DNA of 64,000 nt from Escherichia phage D5505: sequence record MK327929.1; one strand, written 5' to 3'. The notes beneath the pieces were generated by a model. The model saw nothing but the letters and a program-made list of their open reading frames with translations. It did no database searches and was not told the origin of the DNA. Below are positions 43,974 to 56,010 of the stretch, in pieces. The translations under genes were made by a program, and so were the position numbers. The stretch's first letter is position 1. Each line of letters opens with the position of its first letter.

Positions 43974-44891
43974 TCAAAATTCATTAATGCTATTAGTTAA
44001 TTTAGAAAGACCCGCTTTTACAAAATATGAATAAATTTTGCCACGCGGTGGTAATTTATATGAATTATAGTAATTCACAATGTTTGAAGCAATATTATCA
44101 GGAATATAATCAAAATCAATTAGAACTAAATTTTCTTTATAACGATTATATTCAGATTCTGTGAGAAGCACCTTAGCTTGCTCACGGTCATTAGCAATAG
44201 CTTCAACGATTGAAGTTTTCATTGAAGGAGTTCGTTCACCTTCAACTCTGGTAAACCAAAAGTCAGAACGTACTTTAACTGAAGCAACATTATCCTTTTT
44301 GTCACCCTTAAGAATTTTAGTCATACAATCAATTTCAGCAGAACCGCTTTTAATTTTAACCCATTTCTTATGCATCGGTGACCATTGCTTAACATTTGGA
44401 TATTTGTGAAGCTGTGTAAAGTCACCATCCGATGAAATGATTAAAATCTTATGTCCTTCTAAAGAGAACTTTTTAACAAGAACAGCAATGTGGTCATCTG
44501 CTTCATACTTATCAATATCCATAACAATGTATGGCATATAAGCTTTCAATTCATCTATAACTTTATGGCTGGATTCAAAATAACCTTCCCAGTCCCAAGT
44601 AGATTCTTCTCGTGCTTTTCCACGGTTTTTCTTATAATAATAAGCGAAATCACGACGCCAGTATCCAGATTTCGCGTTATCAATACACAGTACAATTTTA
44701 GTGTATCCAAGCGTTTTTGCTTTTTTGACATTAAACTTAATTGAGTTCAATATCAAATGACGAACCATTGATAAATTAATTTTTTCTTTATCTGGGAAGT
44801 TTACCAGAGCAGTTGAAAGAGCAATTTGACTAAAGTCAATAAAGCAAATTCCTTCTTTGTAATCTTCATCCAGCATCATTTCTAAATCCAT
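43974..44891 (-). CDS. rnh: RNase H / 5'-3' flap exonuclease
   Basis: 305 aa from MDLEMM; FEN-family acidic motifs. Confidence 0.85.
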   Translation of the reverse strand: MDLEMMLDEDYKEGICFIDFSQIALSTALVNFPDKEKINLSMVRHLILNSIKFNVKKAKTLGYTKIVLCIDNAKSGYWRRDFAYYYKKNRGKAREESTWDWEGYFESSHKVIDELKAYMPYIVMDIDKYEADDHIAVLVKKFSLEGHKILIISSDGDFTQLHKYPNVKQWSPMHKKWVKIKSGSAEIDCMTKILKGDKKDNVASVKVRSDFWFTRVEGERTPSMKTSIVEAIANDREQAKVLLTESEYNRYKENLVLIDFDYIPDNIASNIVNYYNSYKLPPRGKIYSYFVKAGLSKLTNSINEF

Positions 44892-44953
44892 ATGAACCTC
44901 GTTCAATTAGTGAGATTTCTATTATATACTATCTAAATCTTAAAGTAAACAGG

Positions 44954-44961
44954 TATAAATA
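44954..44961 (+). promoter_or_regulatory. late promoter TATAAATA upstream of gene 34
   Basis: exact TATAAATA 35 nt upstream of ATG 44996. Confidence 0.55.
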
Positions 44962-44995
44962 CTTATTATTGAAAACACAATAGGAGCCCGGGAGA

Positions 44996-47900
44996 ATGGC
45001 CGAGATTAAAAGAAAGTTCAGAGCAGAAGATGGTCTGGACGCAGGTGGCGATAAAATAATCAACGTAGCTTTAGCTGACCGTACCGTAGGAACTGACGGT
45101 GTTAACGTTGATTACTTAATTCAAGAAAACACAGTTCAGCAATATGATCCAACTCGTGGATATTTAAAAGATTTTGTAATCATTTATAATAATCGTTTTT
45201 GGGCAGCAACGGATAATATTCCAAAACCTGCTGGAAATTTTAATAGAATTCGTTGGAAAGCATTACGTACTGATGCCGTATATACAACCGTATCATCTGG
45301 ACCATATCAATTAAAATCCGGAGAAGCAATTTCAGTAGATACATCAGTTGGCAATGACATTGAGTTTACTTTACCACCTTCTCCGCTTGATGGAGAAACC
45401 GTAATAATTCAAGATATCGGTGGAAAACCTGGCATAAATCAGGTTAAAATAAATTCTTCAAATCAGAGTATTGTCAATTTTAGAGGTGAACAGGTACGTT
45501 CAGTTTTAATGACTCATCCAAAGTCACAGATGATATTCATTTTTAATAATCGTTTGTGGCAAATGTATGTTGCTGATTATAGCAGAGAAGCTGCGATTGT
45601 TACTCCATCGACTGCGTATCAAGCACAATCTAATGATTTTATCGTACGTAGATTTACTTCTGCTGCACCAATTAATGTTAAACTTCCGAGATTTGCTAAT
45701 CATGGCGATATTATTAATTTCGTTGATTTAGATAAACTGAATCCACTTTATCATACAATTGTTACTACATACGATGAAACGACTTCAGTACAAGAAGTTG
45801 GAACTCATTCCATTGAAGGCCGTACATCGATTGACGGTTTCTTGATGTTTGACGATAATGAGAAATTGTGGAGATTGTTTGACGGGGATAGTAAAGCACG
45901 TTTACGCATTATAACAACTAATTCAAATATTCGTCCAAATGAAGAAGTCATGGTATTTGGCGCGAATAATGGAACAACCCAAACAATTGAACTTCAGCTT
46001 CCGACTGATATTTCTGTTGGTGATACTGTTAAAATTTCCATGAATTACATGAGAAAAGGACAAACAGTTAAAATCAAAGCTGCTGGTGAAGATAAAATTG
46101 CTTCTTCAGTTCAATTGCTGCAATTCCCAAAACGTTCAGAATATCCGCCTGAAGCTGAATGGGTAACAGTTCAAGAATTAGTTTTTAACGGTGAAACTAT
46201 TTATGTTCCAGTTTTACAACTTGCTTATATAGAAGATTCTGATGGAAAATACTGGGTTGTACAGCAAAACGTTCCAACTGTAGAAAGAGTAGACTCTTTA
46301 AATGCTTCTACTAGAGCAAGATTAGGCGTAATTGCTTTAGCTACGCAAGCTCAAGCAAATGCTGATTTAGAAAATTCTCCACAAAAAGAATTGGCAATTA
46401 CTCCAGAAACGTTAGCTAATCGTACTGCTACAGAAACTCGCAGAGGTATCGCAAGAATAGCAACTACTGCTCAAGTAAACTGCTACAGAAACTCGCAGAG
46501 GTATCGCAAGAATAGCAACTACTGCTCAAGTAAATCAGAACACTACATTCTCTTTTGCTGATGACCTTATCATCACTCCTAAAAAGCTGAATGAAAGAAC
46601 TGCTACAGAAACTCGCAGAGGTGTTGCTGAAATTGCTACGCAGCAGGAAACTAATACAGGTATCGATGATACTACAATCATCACTCCTAAAAAGCTTCAA
46701 GCTCGTCAAGGTTCTGAAACATTATCGGGTATTGTAACTTTTGTATCTACCGCAGGAGCTACTCCAGCCTCTAGTCGTGAATTAAATGGTACAAATGTTT
46801 ATAATAAAAACACTAATAATTTAGTTGTTTCACCTAAAGCTTTGGATCAGTATAAAGCTACTCCAACGCAACAAGGCGCAGTAATTTTAGCAGTTGAAAG
46901 TGAAGTAATTGCTGGACAAAGCCAAGAAGGATGGGCAAATGCGGTTGTAACGCCAGAAACGTTACATAAAAAGACATCAACTGATGCAAGAATTGGTTTA
47001 ATTGAAATTGCTACACAAAGTGAAGTTAATACAGGAACTGATTATACTCGTGCAGTCACTCCTAAAACTTTAAATGACCGTAGAGCAACTGAAAGTTTAA
47101 GTGGTATAGCTGAAATTGCTACACAGGTTGAATTCGACGCAGGCGTCGACGATACTCGTATCTCTACACCATTAAAAATTAAAACCAGATTTAATAATAC
47201 TGATCGTACTTCTGTTGTTGCTCTATCTGGATTAGTTGAATCAGGAACTCTCTGGGACCATTATACCCTTAATATTCTTGAAGCAAATGAGACACAGCGT
47301 GGTACACTTCGTGTAGCTACACAAGTTGAAGCTGCTGCAGGAACATTAGATAATGTTTTAATAACTCCTAAAAAGCTTTTAGGTACTAAATCTACCGAAT
47401 CGCAAGAAGGTGTTATTAAAGTTGCAACTCAGTCTGAAACTGTGACTGGAACGTCAGCAAATACTGCTGTATCTCCAAAAAATTTAAAATGGATTGTGCA
47501 GAGTGAACCAACTTGGGCAGCAACTACTCTGATAAGAGGGTTTGTTAAAACTTCTTCTGGTTCATTAACGTTTGTTGGTAATGATACGGTAGGTTCAACA
47601 CAGCCATTAGAATCATATGAGAAAAATGGTTATGCAGTATCACCATATGAATTAAATCGCGTATTAGCAAATTATTTGCCATTAAAAGCAAAAGCTGTAG
47701 ATAGTAATTTATTAGATGGTCTAGATTCGCTCCAGTTCATTCGTAGGGACATTGCACAAACAGTTAATGGTTCACTAACCTTAACCCAACAAACGAATCT
47801 GGGTGCCCCTCTTGTATCATCTAGTACTGCTACATTCGGTGGATCAGTTTCAGCAAATAGTACATTAACTATTTCTAATACTGGAACGGCAACTCGTCTG

Positions 47901-48920
47901 ATTTTTGAGAAAGGACCTCAAACTGGAACAAACCCGGCTCAAACGATGACAGTCAGAGTGTGGGGAAATCAATTTAGCGGGGAATCAGACACAACACGTT
48001 CTACCGTATTTGAAGTTAGTGATGAAACGTCTAGTCATTTTTATTCTCAGCGTAATAAAGCTGGAAATATAACATTTAATATCAACGGTACAGTAACACC
48101 GATAAATGTTAATGCTTCAGGAACATTGAATGCAAATGGTGTAGCAACATTTGGTAATTCAGTCACTGCAACTGGTGAAATTATTTCTCGAAGCGCAAAT
48201 GCTTTCCGTGCTATTAGCGGAAATTATGGTTTCATTGTTCGCAATGACGGGTCAGTAACGAATTTTATGCTTACTGCATCGGGTGATCAGACTGGCGGAT
48301 TTAATGGATTGCGTCCTTTAGCTATTAATAATGCATCTGGCCAAGTAACGATTGGTGAAAGCTTAATCATTGCCAAAGGTGCTACTATAAGTTCGGGTGG
48401 TTTGACTGTTAACTCGAGAATTCGTTCTCAGGGCACTAAAACATCTGATTTATACACCCGCGCTCCAACATCTGATACTGTAGGATTCTGGTCAATTGAT
48501 ATTAACGATTCAGCCACTTATAACCAGTTCCCGGGTTATTTTAAAATGGTTGAAAAAACTAATGAAGTGACTGGGCTTCCATACTTAGAACGTGGCGAAG
48601 AAGTTAAATCTCCTGGTACATTGACTCAGTTTGGTAACACACTTGATTCGCTTTACCAAGATTGGATTACTTATCCAACGACCCCAGAAGCACGTACCAC
48701 TCGCTGGACGCGTACATGGCAGAAAACTAAAAATTCTTGGTCAAGTTTTGTTCAGGTATTTGATGGAGGTAACCCTCCTCAACCTTCGGATATAGGAGCG
48801 ATCCCATCTGATAATGGAATAATAGGTAATCTTACTATTCGTGATTTCTTACGAATTGGTAATGTTCGCATTATTCCTGACCCAGTGAATAAAACTGTTA
48901 AATTTGAATGGGTTGAATAA
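44996..48920 (+). pseudogene. 34: long tail fibre proximal subunit gp34, disrupted by 55-bp tandem duplication (frameshift)
   Basis: ATG-frame terminates at TGA 46559-46561; remainder open in +1 frame 46479-48920; removing one repeat copy gives one 1289-codon ORF. Confidence 0.85.
46424..46533 (+). repeat. perfect tandem direct repeat, 2 x 55 bp, inside gene 34
   Basis: unit ACTGCTACAGAAACTCGCAGAGGTATCGCAAGAATAGCAACTACTGCTCAAGTAA at 46424-46478 and 46479-46533. Confidence 0.95.
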
Positions 48921-48928
48921 GAGGTATT

Positions 48929-50044
48929 ATGGAAAAATTTATGGCAGAGTTTGGACAAGGATATGTCCAAACGCCATTTTTATCGGAAAGCAATTCAGTA
49001 AGATATAAAATAAGCATAGCGGGTTCTTGCCCGCTTTCTACTGCGGGGCCATATGTTAAATTTCAGGATAATCCCGTTGGAAATCAAACATTTAGTGCAG
49101 GTCTTCATTTAAGAGTTTTTGACCCTTCTACAGGAGCATTAGTTGATAGTAAGTCATATGCTTTTTCTGCTTCAAACAATACAACATCTGCCGCTTTTGT
49201 TAGTTTCATGAATTCTTTGTCAAACAATAGACTTGTTGCTATATTAACTAGCGGAAAGGTTAATTTTCCTCCTGAAGTGGTATCTTGGTTAAGGGGAGCA
49301 GGAACTTCAGTTTTTCCATCAGATTCAGTATTGTCAAGATTTGACGTGTCATATGCTGCTTTTTACACTTCTTCTAAAAGAGCTATCGCATTAGAGCATG
49401 TTAAACTAAGTAATAGAAAAAGCACAGATGACTATCAAACTATGTTAGATGTTGTATTTGATAGTTTAGAAGACGTCGGAGCTACAGGATTTCCTAAAAG
49501 AACATACGAAAGCGTTGAGCAATTTATGTCTGCGGTTGGTGGAACTAATAACGAAATTGCGCGATTGCCAACTTCAGCTGCTATAAGTAAACTTTCTGAC
49601 TACAATTTAATTCCTGGTGATGTTCTTTATCTTAAAGCACAACTATATGCTGATGCTGATTTACTTGATCTTGGAACTGCAAATATATCTATTCGTTTTT
49701 ATGATGCATCAAATGGATATATTTCCTCGACCCAAGCTGAGTTTACTGGGCAAGCTGGGTCTTGGGAATTAAAAGAAGATTATGTAGTTGTTCCTGAAAA
49801 TGCAGTAGGATTTACGATATATGCACAAAGAACTGCCCAAGCAGGTCAAGGCGGCATGAGAAATTTAAGCTTTTCTGAAGTATCAAGAAATGGCGGAATT
49901 TCAAAACCTGCTGAATTTGGTGTCAATGGTATTCGTGTTAATTATATCGGTGAATCCTCTTTACCTCCAGATATAATGGTACTTCCTACACAGGCATCGT
50001 CTAAAACTGGTAAAGTGTTTGGACAGGAATTTAGAGAAGTTTAA
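48929..50044 (+). CDS. 35: gp35 long tail fibre hinge connector
   Basis: 371 aa, synteny. Confidence 0.8.
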   Translation: MEKFMAEFGQGYVQTPFLSESNSVRYKISIAGSCPLSTAGPYVKFQDNPVGNQTFSAGLHLRVFDPSTGALVDSKSYAFSASNNTTSAAFVSFMNSLSNNRLVAILTSGKVNFPPEVVSWLRGAGTSVFPSDSVLSRFDVSYAAFYTSSKRAIALEHVKLSNRKSTDDYQTMLDVVFDSLEDVGATGFPKRTYESVEQFMSAVGGTNNEIARLPTSAAISKLSDYNLIPGDVLYLKAQLYADADLLDLGTANISIRFYDASNGYISSTQAEFTGQAGSWELKEDYVVVPENAVGFTIYAQRTAQAGQGGMRNLSFSEVSRNGGISKPAEFGVNGIRVNYIGESSLPPDIMVLPTQASSKTGKVFGQEFREV

Positions 50045-50050
50045 ACTGAG

Positions 50051-50072
50051 GGAGCCTTCGGGTTCCTTTTTT
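50051..50072 (+). terminator. hairpin GGAGCC-TTCG-GGTTCC + TTTTTT after gene 35
   Basis: stem-loop with T-run. Confidence 0.5.
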
Positions 50073-50075
50073 CTT

Positions 50076-50083
50076 TATAAATA
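50076..50083 (+). promoter_or_regulatory. late promoter TATAAATA upstream of gene 36
   Basis: exact TATAAATA. Confidence 0.55.
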
Positions 50084-50106
50084 ATATTAAAATAAAGGGG
50101 CATACA

Positions 50107-50757
50107 ATGGCTGATTTAAAAGTAGGTTCAACTGTAGGTGGATCTGTCATTTGGCATCAAGGAAATTTTCCGTTGAATTCAGCCGGTGACGATGTACTCT
50201 ACAAATCATTTAAAATATATTCAGAATATAATAAACCACAGGCAGCTGATAATGATTTCGTTTCTAAATCTACTGGTGGTACTTACACAGGCCCAGTTAC
50301 TATTAATTATGGTGTAAATAGTTATCTTCAATTAAGTAATAATGAAACCCCCATCCGAATTCGTTCTGGTGGCGGCACTGGCAATACTCTTGTAGTTGGT
50401 GGCTCTTCTGGCGGTATTAGTTTTAGACCAGCAGGTAGTGAAATCACTACTGGACAAATTACTATTACGCCAGAAGGTTTGACAACATTTACCAAAGCTG
50501 TAAAGGCTCCATCTGTAACTGTTACATCTACTCCTTCCGCAGCATCTGATGCTACTCGTAAAGATTATGTTGATGGAGCAATAAATACTGTTACAGCAAA
50601 TGCAAACTCTAGGGTATTACGCTCTGGAGACACTATGACAGGAAATTTAACTGCGCCAAACCTTTTTTCACAGAATCCTGCATCTCAACCTTCACACGTT
50701 CCACGATTTGACCAAATCGTAATTAAGGATTCTGTTCAAGATTTCGGCTATTATTAA
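50107..50757 (+). CDS. 36: gp36 long tail fibre distal connector
   Basis: 216 aa, synteny. Confidence 0.8.
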   Translation: MADLKVGSTVGGSVIWHQGNFPLNSAGDDVLYKSFKIYSEYNKPQAADNDFVSKSTGGTYTGPVTINYGVNSYLQLSNNETPIRIRSGGGTGNTLVVGGSSGGISFRPAGSEITTGQITITPEGLTTFTKAVKAPSVTVTSTPSAASDATRKDYVDGAINTVTANANSRVLRSGDTMTGNLTAPNLFSQNPASQPSHVPRFDQIVIKDSVQDFGYY

Positions 50758-50765
50758 GAGGACTT

Positions 50766-53711
50766 ATGGCTACTTTAAAACAAATACAATTTAAAAGAAG
50801 CAAAACTGCAGGTCAACGTCCTGCTGCTTCAGTATTAGCCGAAGGTGAATTGGCTATAAACTTAAAAGATAAAACAATTTTCACAAAAGATGACTCAGGT
50901 AGTGTTATAGAATTAGGTTTAAAATATGGAGGAACTATAAATGGGTCTTTAGAGGTTACAGAAAATATAACTGGAACTTTAATTGGAAATTCTAGCACAG
51001 CTACTAAATTGCAAACACCTAGGAAAATTAATGGTATATCTTTTGATGGGTCAAAGGACATTACCTTAACTCCATCTGACATAAATGTCAATAGCACAAC
51101 ATTTATAAAAAATAATGGCGAATTACCTACTGATGCTAATTTAGATACGTATGGGCCCATTGAAGAATATCTTGGTGTTTGGTCGAAATCTACTTCAACA
51201 AATGCGCAACCAGCAAATAAATTCCCAGAAGAAAATGCCGTAGGTGTACTAGAAGTGTTTGTGGCCGGCCAATTTGCTGGCACTCAGCGTTATACTGTAA
51301 GATCTGGTAACGTCTATATTCGTTCCTTATCTGCTAAATGGAATGGCGTCGATGGTCCATGGGGTGTGTGGCGTAATGTTCAAGCGTCAACTCGTCCACT
51401 TTCACAAACGATTGACCTTGATAGCTTGGGAGAATTAGAACATTGTGGCTTATGGCGAAACAGTTCAAGCGCAATCGCATCATTTGATCGCCATTATCCA
51501 GAAGAAGGATCAGCCGCACAAGGATTTTTAGAAATATTTGAAGGTGGTTTATACACGAGAACTCAGCGTTATACTACCCGCATGGGTATGGTTTATACTC
51601 GTTGTCTCGCTGCTGCATGGGATGCTAGTGCACCTAAGTGGGAGGAATGGAAGCAGGTTGGTCATGGCACACCAGCGACTTTCTATGATGGTGACCTTAA
51701 TGATTTTAAAACTCCTGGGTTATATAATATTTTAGGCACCGATGCCGTTATTAACTGCCCTACAGGTGAAGGTTTGCCGCCTGTTATTGTTGGTTTGCTG
51801 GAAGTTAAACAGCGTGCTTCTGGTGGTGCTATTTTCCAAAAATTTACTACTGCCGGAACAGGCGCAACTACTCGCGGACGTATTTTTGAGCGTGCATATA
51901 CTGGTGGTGCGTGGGGTGCATGGAACGAAGTATATACATCTTACTCTCTGCCAATTACTTTGGGTATGGGTGGTATTAAAGCTCAATTAGCGGAGTTAGA
52001 TTGGCAAACCTTTGATTTTGTTCCTGGTAGTATGTTTAGCGTTCCTTTAAACAAAATAAAGAACATGCCAGCAAATATGGATTGGGGGACGATTGACGGA
52101 AACTTGGTTATGTTTTCCGTTGGTCCTAGCGAACACACTGGCACAGGGCGTACTGTTCAGGTTTGGCGCGGTACTGTATCCCAGACAAACTACCGTTATT
52201 TCGTTGTTCGTATCGCTGGTAATCCAGGAAGTAGGACTAATACTTGTCGCCGTGTTGTTCTTGAAGACGGATCACATACTTGGACTGCTCAACAAAACTT
52301 TAGGGGATTGCTGAATATCACTGCTGCTGTTAATCTTGGTGCTAATCAGAAAATTTCACTTGCTCCAGGAGCATATATTCAAGCCCCTGCTAGCGGTTCT
52401 GGTTCTAATACTTACGCAAATCAGAATACTACCATTGCGCCATTATATCAGGCTATTGACGATTCAAATAAAAACCAGTTTGCGCCAATTGTTAAACAGA
52501 AAAATACTGTAAGTAATATCACCTTTGCCACTGGTATGGCTATAGGTACATCCGAATATAAGATCATTGCTCAGGGTGATTTATCCGCTGATGGAACAGC
52601 AGATGGGTTAAAACAGTGGACTTTCATGCCGTCAGGTTATTTTAAATCTCCAGGGCGTGTATATGTCGGTGATGCGTTCCTTAATACAGATGGTAATATT
52701 GCCGGTTCAATCTGGAAGAAATATAACAATGCGACAAATTTAGATGCTGCCTTGAATACTCGCGTAGGTAAAGGCGGTGATACGATGACAGGTCGGTTAA
52801 CAATCAATGCACCTAATGATTCTATTGTATTATCAACGACTGCTAGTAATTCTTTGCATATTCGTGGTGACATAGACGGGACTGGTAACTGGTATATTGG
52901 TAAGGGTGGTGCTGATAATTCGCTAGCATTTTATAGCTATGCTTCTCAGGCGGCAGTACATATCACAAACAATGGTGAGATTGCGTTAAACCCGCAAAAT
53001 ACCGCAATGGTTAACGTTAACCGTGACCGTGTACACATTAACGGTTCTGGATGGATTGCTAGACAACCGGGTGATTGGGGCAACCAATGGCGAGTAGAAG
53101 CTCCATTATTCGTTGATCATGGTTATGTTTCACAGGATTGTTATTATCCTATTCTTAAAGCAAGAAGCGTTATAACCAATCAAGGATATAGCACCGCTGT
53201 TGACTTTGGTATGCGTCGTATTCCATCACAGTGGGGGCAAGCAATCATTCGTGTCGGATCCACGGAGGCTTCTCCTGATGCTGGACACCCACAAGCTGTG
53301 TTTGAATTCCATCATGATGGATTCTTTTATACACCAGGAAATGGTAGCTTTAGCGATGTGTATATTCGTTCTGACTCCCGTCTCAAGATTAATAAAGAAG
53401 AATTAGAATATGGAGCGGTCGAAAAAGTTTGCCGACTGAAAGTTTATATTTACGATAAAGTTAAGTCTATTAAAGACCGTAGTGTTATTAAACGTGAAGT
53501 TGGTATTATTGCTCAGGACCTTGAAAAGGAATTACCGGAAGCTGTATCTAAAGTTGAAGTTGATGGATCTGATGTTCTGACAATTTCTAACTCTGCTGTG
53601 AATGCTCTTTTAATTAAGGCTATTCAGGAAATGAGTGAAGAAATTAAAGAATTGAAAACGCCTCTCTTTACTAAAATTGTTCGCAAAATTAGTAAATATT
53701 TTAAATTCTAA
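50766..53711 (+). CDS. 37: gp37 long tail fibre distal subunit with C-terminal intramolecular chaperone domain (T2-type)
   Basis: 981 aa; C-terminal ...[12 protein letters not shown]... resembles the S74 autoproteolytic chaperone signature. Confidence 0.8.
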   Translation: MATLKQIQFKRSKTAGQRPAASVLAEGELAINLKDKTIFTKDDSGSVIELGLKYGGTINGSLEVTENITGTLIGNSSTATKLQTPRKINGISFDGSKDITLTPSDINVNSTTFIKNNGELPTDANLDTYGPIEEYLGVWSKSTSTNAQPANKFPEENAVGVLEVFVAGQFAGTQRYTVRSGNVYIRSLSAKWNGVDGPWGVWRNVQASTRPLSQTIDLDSLGELEHCGLWRNSSSAIASFDRHYPEEGSAAQGFLEIFEGGLYTRTQRYTTRMGMVYTRCLAAAWDASAPKWEEWKQVGHGTPATFYDGDLNDFKTPGLYNILGTDAVINCPTGEGLPPVIVGLLEVKQRASGGAIFQKFTTAGTGATTRGRIFERAYTGGAWGAWNEVYTSYSLPITLGMGGIKAQLAELDWQTFDFVPGSMFSVPLNKIKNMPANMDWGTIDGNLVMFSVGPSEHTGTGRTVQVWRGTVSQTNYRYFVVRIAGNPGSRTNTCRRVVLEDGSHTWTAQQNFRGLLNITAAVNLGANQKISLAPGAYIQAPASGSGSNTYANQNTTIAPLYQAIDDSNKNQFAPIVKQKNTVSNITFATGMAIGTSEYKIIAQGDLSADGTADGLKQWTFMPSGYFKSPGRVYVGDAFLNTDGNIAGSIWKKYNNATNLDAALNTRVGKGGDTMTGRLTINAPNDSIVLSTTASNSLHIRGDIDGTGNWYIGKGGADNSLAFYSYASQAAVHITNNGEIALNPQNTAMVNVNRDRVHINGSGWIARQPGDWGNQWRVEAPLFVDHGYVSQDCYYPILKARSVITNQGYSTAVDFGMRRIPSQWGQAIIRVGSTEASPDAGHPQAVFEFHHDGFFYTPGNGSFSDVYIRSDSRLKINKEELEYGAVEKVCRLKVYIYDKVKSIKDRSVIKREVGIIAQDLEKELPEAVSKVEVDGSDVLTISNSAVNALLIKAIQEMSEEIKELKTPLFTKIVRKISKYFKF

Positions 53712-53716
53712 CAACA

Positions 53717-53734
53717 AGGGGGAAATGCCCCCTT
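53717..53734 (+). terminator. hairpin GGGGG-AAAT-GCCCCC + TTT
   Basis: GC stem-loop between 37 and 38. Confidence 0.45.
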
Positions 53735-53747
53735 TGGAGTATAAATT

Positions 53748-54527
53748 ATGGCAGTAGTTGGTGTTCCTGGTTGGATTGGAAGTTCAGCCGCAAATGAAAC
53801 AGGACAGCGCTGGATGAGTCAAGCGGCTGGTCAATTAAGATTGGGTGTTCCTTGCTGGATGAGTCAATTTGCAGGTCGCTCACGAGAAATTATTCACACG
53901 CTTGGAGCAGACCATAACTTCAATGGTCAATGGTTCCGAGATAGATGTTTTGAGGCAGGTAGTGCACCTATAGTGTTTAATATTACAGGTGATTTAGTAT
54001 CATATTCTAAAGATGTTCCTTTATTCTTCATGTACGGAGATACACCAAATGAATATGTTCAGTTAAATATACATGGCGTAACGATGTATGGTCGTGGAGG
54101 TAATGGTGGTAGCAATAGTCCTGGCTCAGCTGGGGGTCATTGTATTCAAAACGATATTGGTGGGAGACTAAGAATTAATAATGGTGGAGCTATTGCTGGC
54201 GGTGGCGGTGGCGGTGGCGGCGGATATTATTCTCCTTTTTCACAAATGAGATTAACCTTTGGCGGTGGTGGGCGTCCGTTTGGTGCACCTGGCGGATCTA
54301 TTGATATGCAATCAGGCGCAACTGCTGGTACTATTTCTGCACCTGGCTCAGGATCCGTGAATGGTATCTATAATGGTGGAAACGGTGGTGAAGTAGGTTC
54401 CGCGGGAGGTAGATGCAATATTCGCGGTCAAGGATCTGAATATAATGGCGGCGCTGCTGGTTATGCTGTCATAGGGTCTGCTCCAACGTGGCAAAATGTT
54501 GGAGCAATATATGGTCCAAGAGTATAA
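53748..54527 (+). CDS. 38: gp38 tail-fibre tip adhesin (T2-type, glycine-rich motifs)
   Basis: 259 aa; GRMs including a run of 9 Gly (GGC/GGT codons 54198-54224). Confidence 0.75.
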   Translation: MAVVGVPGWIGSSAANETGQRWMSQAAGQLRLGVPCWMSQFAGRSREIIHTLGADHNFNGQWFRDRCFEAGSAPIVFNITGDLVSYSKDVPLFFMYGDTPNEYVQLNIHGVTMYGRGGNGGSNSPGSAGGHCIQNDIGGRLRINNGGAIAGGGGGGGGGYYSPFSQMRLTFGGGGRPFGAPGGSIDMQSGATAGTISAPGSGSVNGIYNGGNGGEVGSAGGRCNIRGQGSEYNGGAAGYAVIGSAPTWQNVGAIYGPRV

Positions 54528-54557
54528 TGTGAATAAATACCCTTAAAAGGAGGGTCT

Positions 54558-55214
54558 ATGGCAGCACCTAGAATATCATTTTCGCCCTCTGATATTCTGT
54601 TTGGTGTTCTAGATCGCTTGTTCAAAGATAACGCTACCGGGAAGGTTCTTGCTTCCCGAGTAGCTGTCGTAATTCTTTTATTTATGATGGCGATTGTTTG
54701 GTATAGGGGAGATAGTTTCTTTGAGTACTATAAGCAATCAAAGTATGAAACATACAGTGAAATTATTGAAAAGGAAAGAAATGCACGCTTTGAATCTGTC
54801 GCCCTGGAACAACTCCAGATAGTTCATATATCATCTGAGGCAGACTTTAGTGCGGTGTATTCTTTCCGCCCTAAAAACTTAAACTATTTTGTTGATATTA
54901 TAGCATATGAAGGAAAATTACCTTCAACAATAAGTGAAAAATCACTTGGAGGATATCCTGTTGATAAAACTATGGATGAATATACAGTTCATTTAAATGG
55001 ACGTCATTATTATTCCGACTCAAAATTTGCTTTTTTACCAACTAAAAAGCCTACTCCCGAAATAAACTACATGTACAGTTGTCCATATTTTAATTTGGAT
55101 AATATCTATGCTGGAACAATAACCATGTACTGGTATAGAAATGATCATATAAGTAATGACCGCCTTGAATCAATATGTGCTCAGGCGGCCAGAATATTAG
55201 GAAGGGCTAAATAA
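54558..55214 (+). CDS. t: holin T
   Basis: 218 aa; single N-terminal TM segment and large periplasmic domain. Confidence 0.85.
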   Translation: MAAPRISFSPSDILFGVLDRLFKDNATGKVLASRVAVVILLFMMAIVWYRGDSFFEYYKQSKYETYSEIIEKERNARFESVALEQLQIVHISSEADFSAVYSFRPKNLNYFVDIIAYEGKLPSTISEKSLGGYPVDKTMDEYTVHLNGRHYYSDSKFAFLPTKKPTPEINYMYSCPYFNLDNIYAGTITMYWYRNDHISNDRLESICAQAARILGRAK

Positions 55215-55487
55215 TTATTTGTTCGTATACATCTCTAGATATCGATATACACCCTCAAAACCCTCGTTGAATTCGTCGATGAGGGTTTTCTTATCTTCTT
55301 GAGTTAATTCAGAAACAATTTTACGGAATGAATTCTGATTTAACTTTCTACCTTCATGTGTTACTCCAATCTCATTCAGAAATGCAATAAAATTAGCACG
55401 ATTTTCAACAATATCTTCTCTGGAAAATTTAATCAAAATAGACGCAACAGTAATAATTTCACGAACTGTATCAATGTTTTTATTCAT
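55215..55487 (-). CDS. asiA: AsiA anti-sigma70 factor
   Basis: 90 aa; matches remembered AsiA sequence. Confidence 0.8.
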   Translation of the reverse strand: MNKNIDTVREIITVASILIKFSREDIVENRANFIAFLNEIGVTHEGRKLNQNSFRKIVSELTQEDKKTLIDEFNEGFEGVYRYLEMYTNK

Positions 55488-55518
55488 TAACTATACCACT
55501 CAATTAGTTGACTTTGTT

Positions 55519-55548
55519 ATAATATCATCAGACACTTGATTTGTAAAC
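55519..55548 (-). promoter_or_regulatory. early promoter GTTTACA - 17 nt - TATTAT upstream of asiA
   Basis: T4 early consensus on the minus strand. Confidence 0.5.
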
Positions 55549-55648
55549 TGGTCTGTGTTATTTTCTTCAAAAATTTTTTCTACGAATTCCTTGAACGACT
55601 CGCGTTCCTGAGCTACATTATGCTCGATTACCATTTCAAGATTATGAC

Positions 55649-55927
55649 TCATTCGAAATAATCTTCAATTTCGTAATCATGGACATAAATCATTATAGTT
55701 TTTAATACATCATCAATACTTTTTCCTGGAGCTGGAATTACGTAAAAATATCCTGCTTTTGAGAGGTCTTTATAAGTTCCAACCAAGAAATCATTATTCT
55801 CGAGATGTAATTCTTCAACTAATTCATTAACAATTGAATGGTATAAATTTGGTAGAAACTTATATAGCTTTTCTAGAATATCAATTTTGATTGTATATTG
55901 AACCACAGATTGAGAATCAATAATCAT
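55649..55927 (-). CDS. arn: Arn, anti-restriction (McrBC inhibitor)
   Basis: 92 aa, position and length as T4 arn. Confidence 0.6.
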   Translation of the reverse strand: MIIDSQSVVQYTIKIDILEKLYKFLPNLYHSIVNELVEELHLENNDFLVGTYKDLSKAGYFYVIPAPGKSIDDVLKTIMIYVHDYEIEDYFE

Positions 55928-56010
55928 AGACCTTCCCCTTATGTTTCTGTTTGCGATTAGATTCTTTAAACGCTTTCTTCTTATCCTTATGAACAGAAGC
56001 TTTATTAAAA

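Noticed and set aside
46424-46561. Programmed ribosomal frameshift in gene 34
   Set aside because: The frame change coincides exactly with a perfect 55-bp tandem duplication and there is no slippery heptamer; a duplication mutation or artefact explains it fully.
53731-53747. Late promoter upstream of gene 38 (GAGTATAAATTATG)
   Set aside because: Sequence is TATAAATT, one mismatch from the TATAAATA consensus, and overlaps the start codon; more likely co-transcription with gene 37.
54198-54224. Run of nine Gly codons (GGC/GGT)n in gp38 as a sequencing or assembly artefact
   Set aside because: It is in frame and matches the glycine-rich motif architecture expected of T2-type adhesins.
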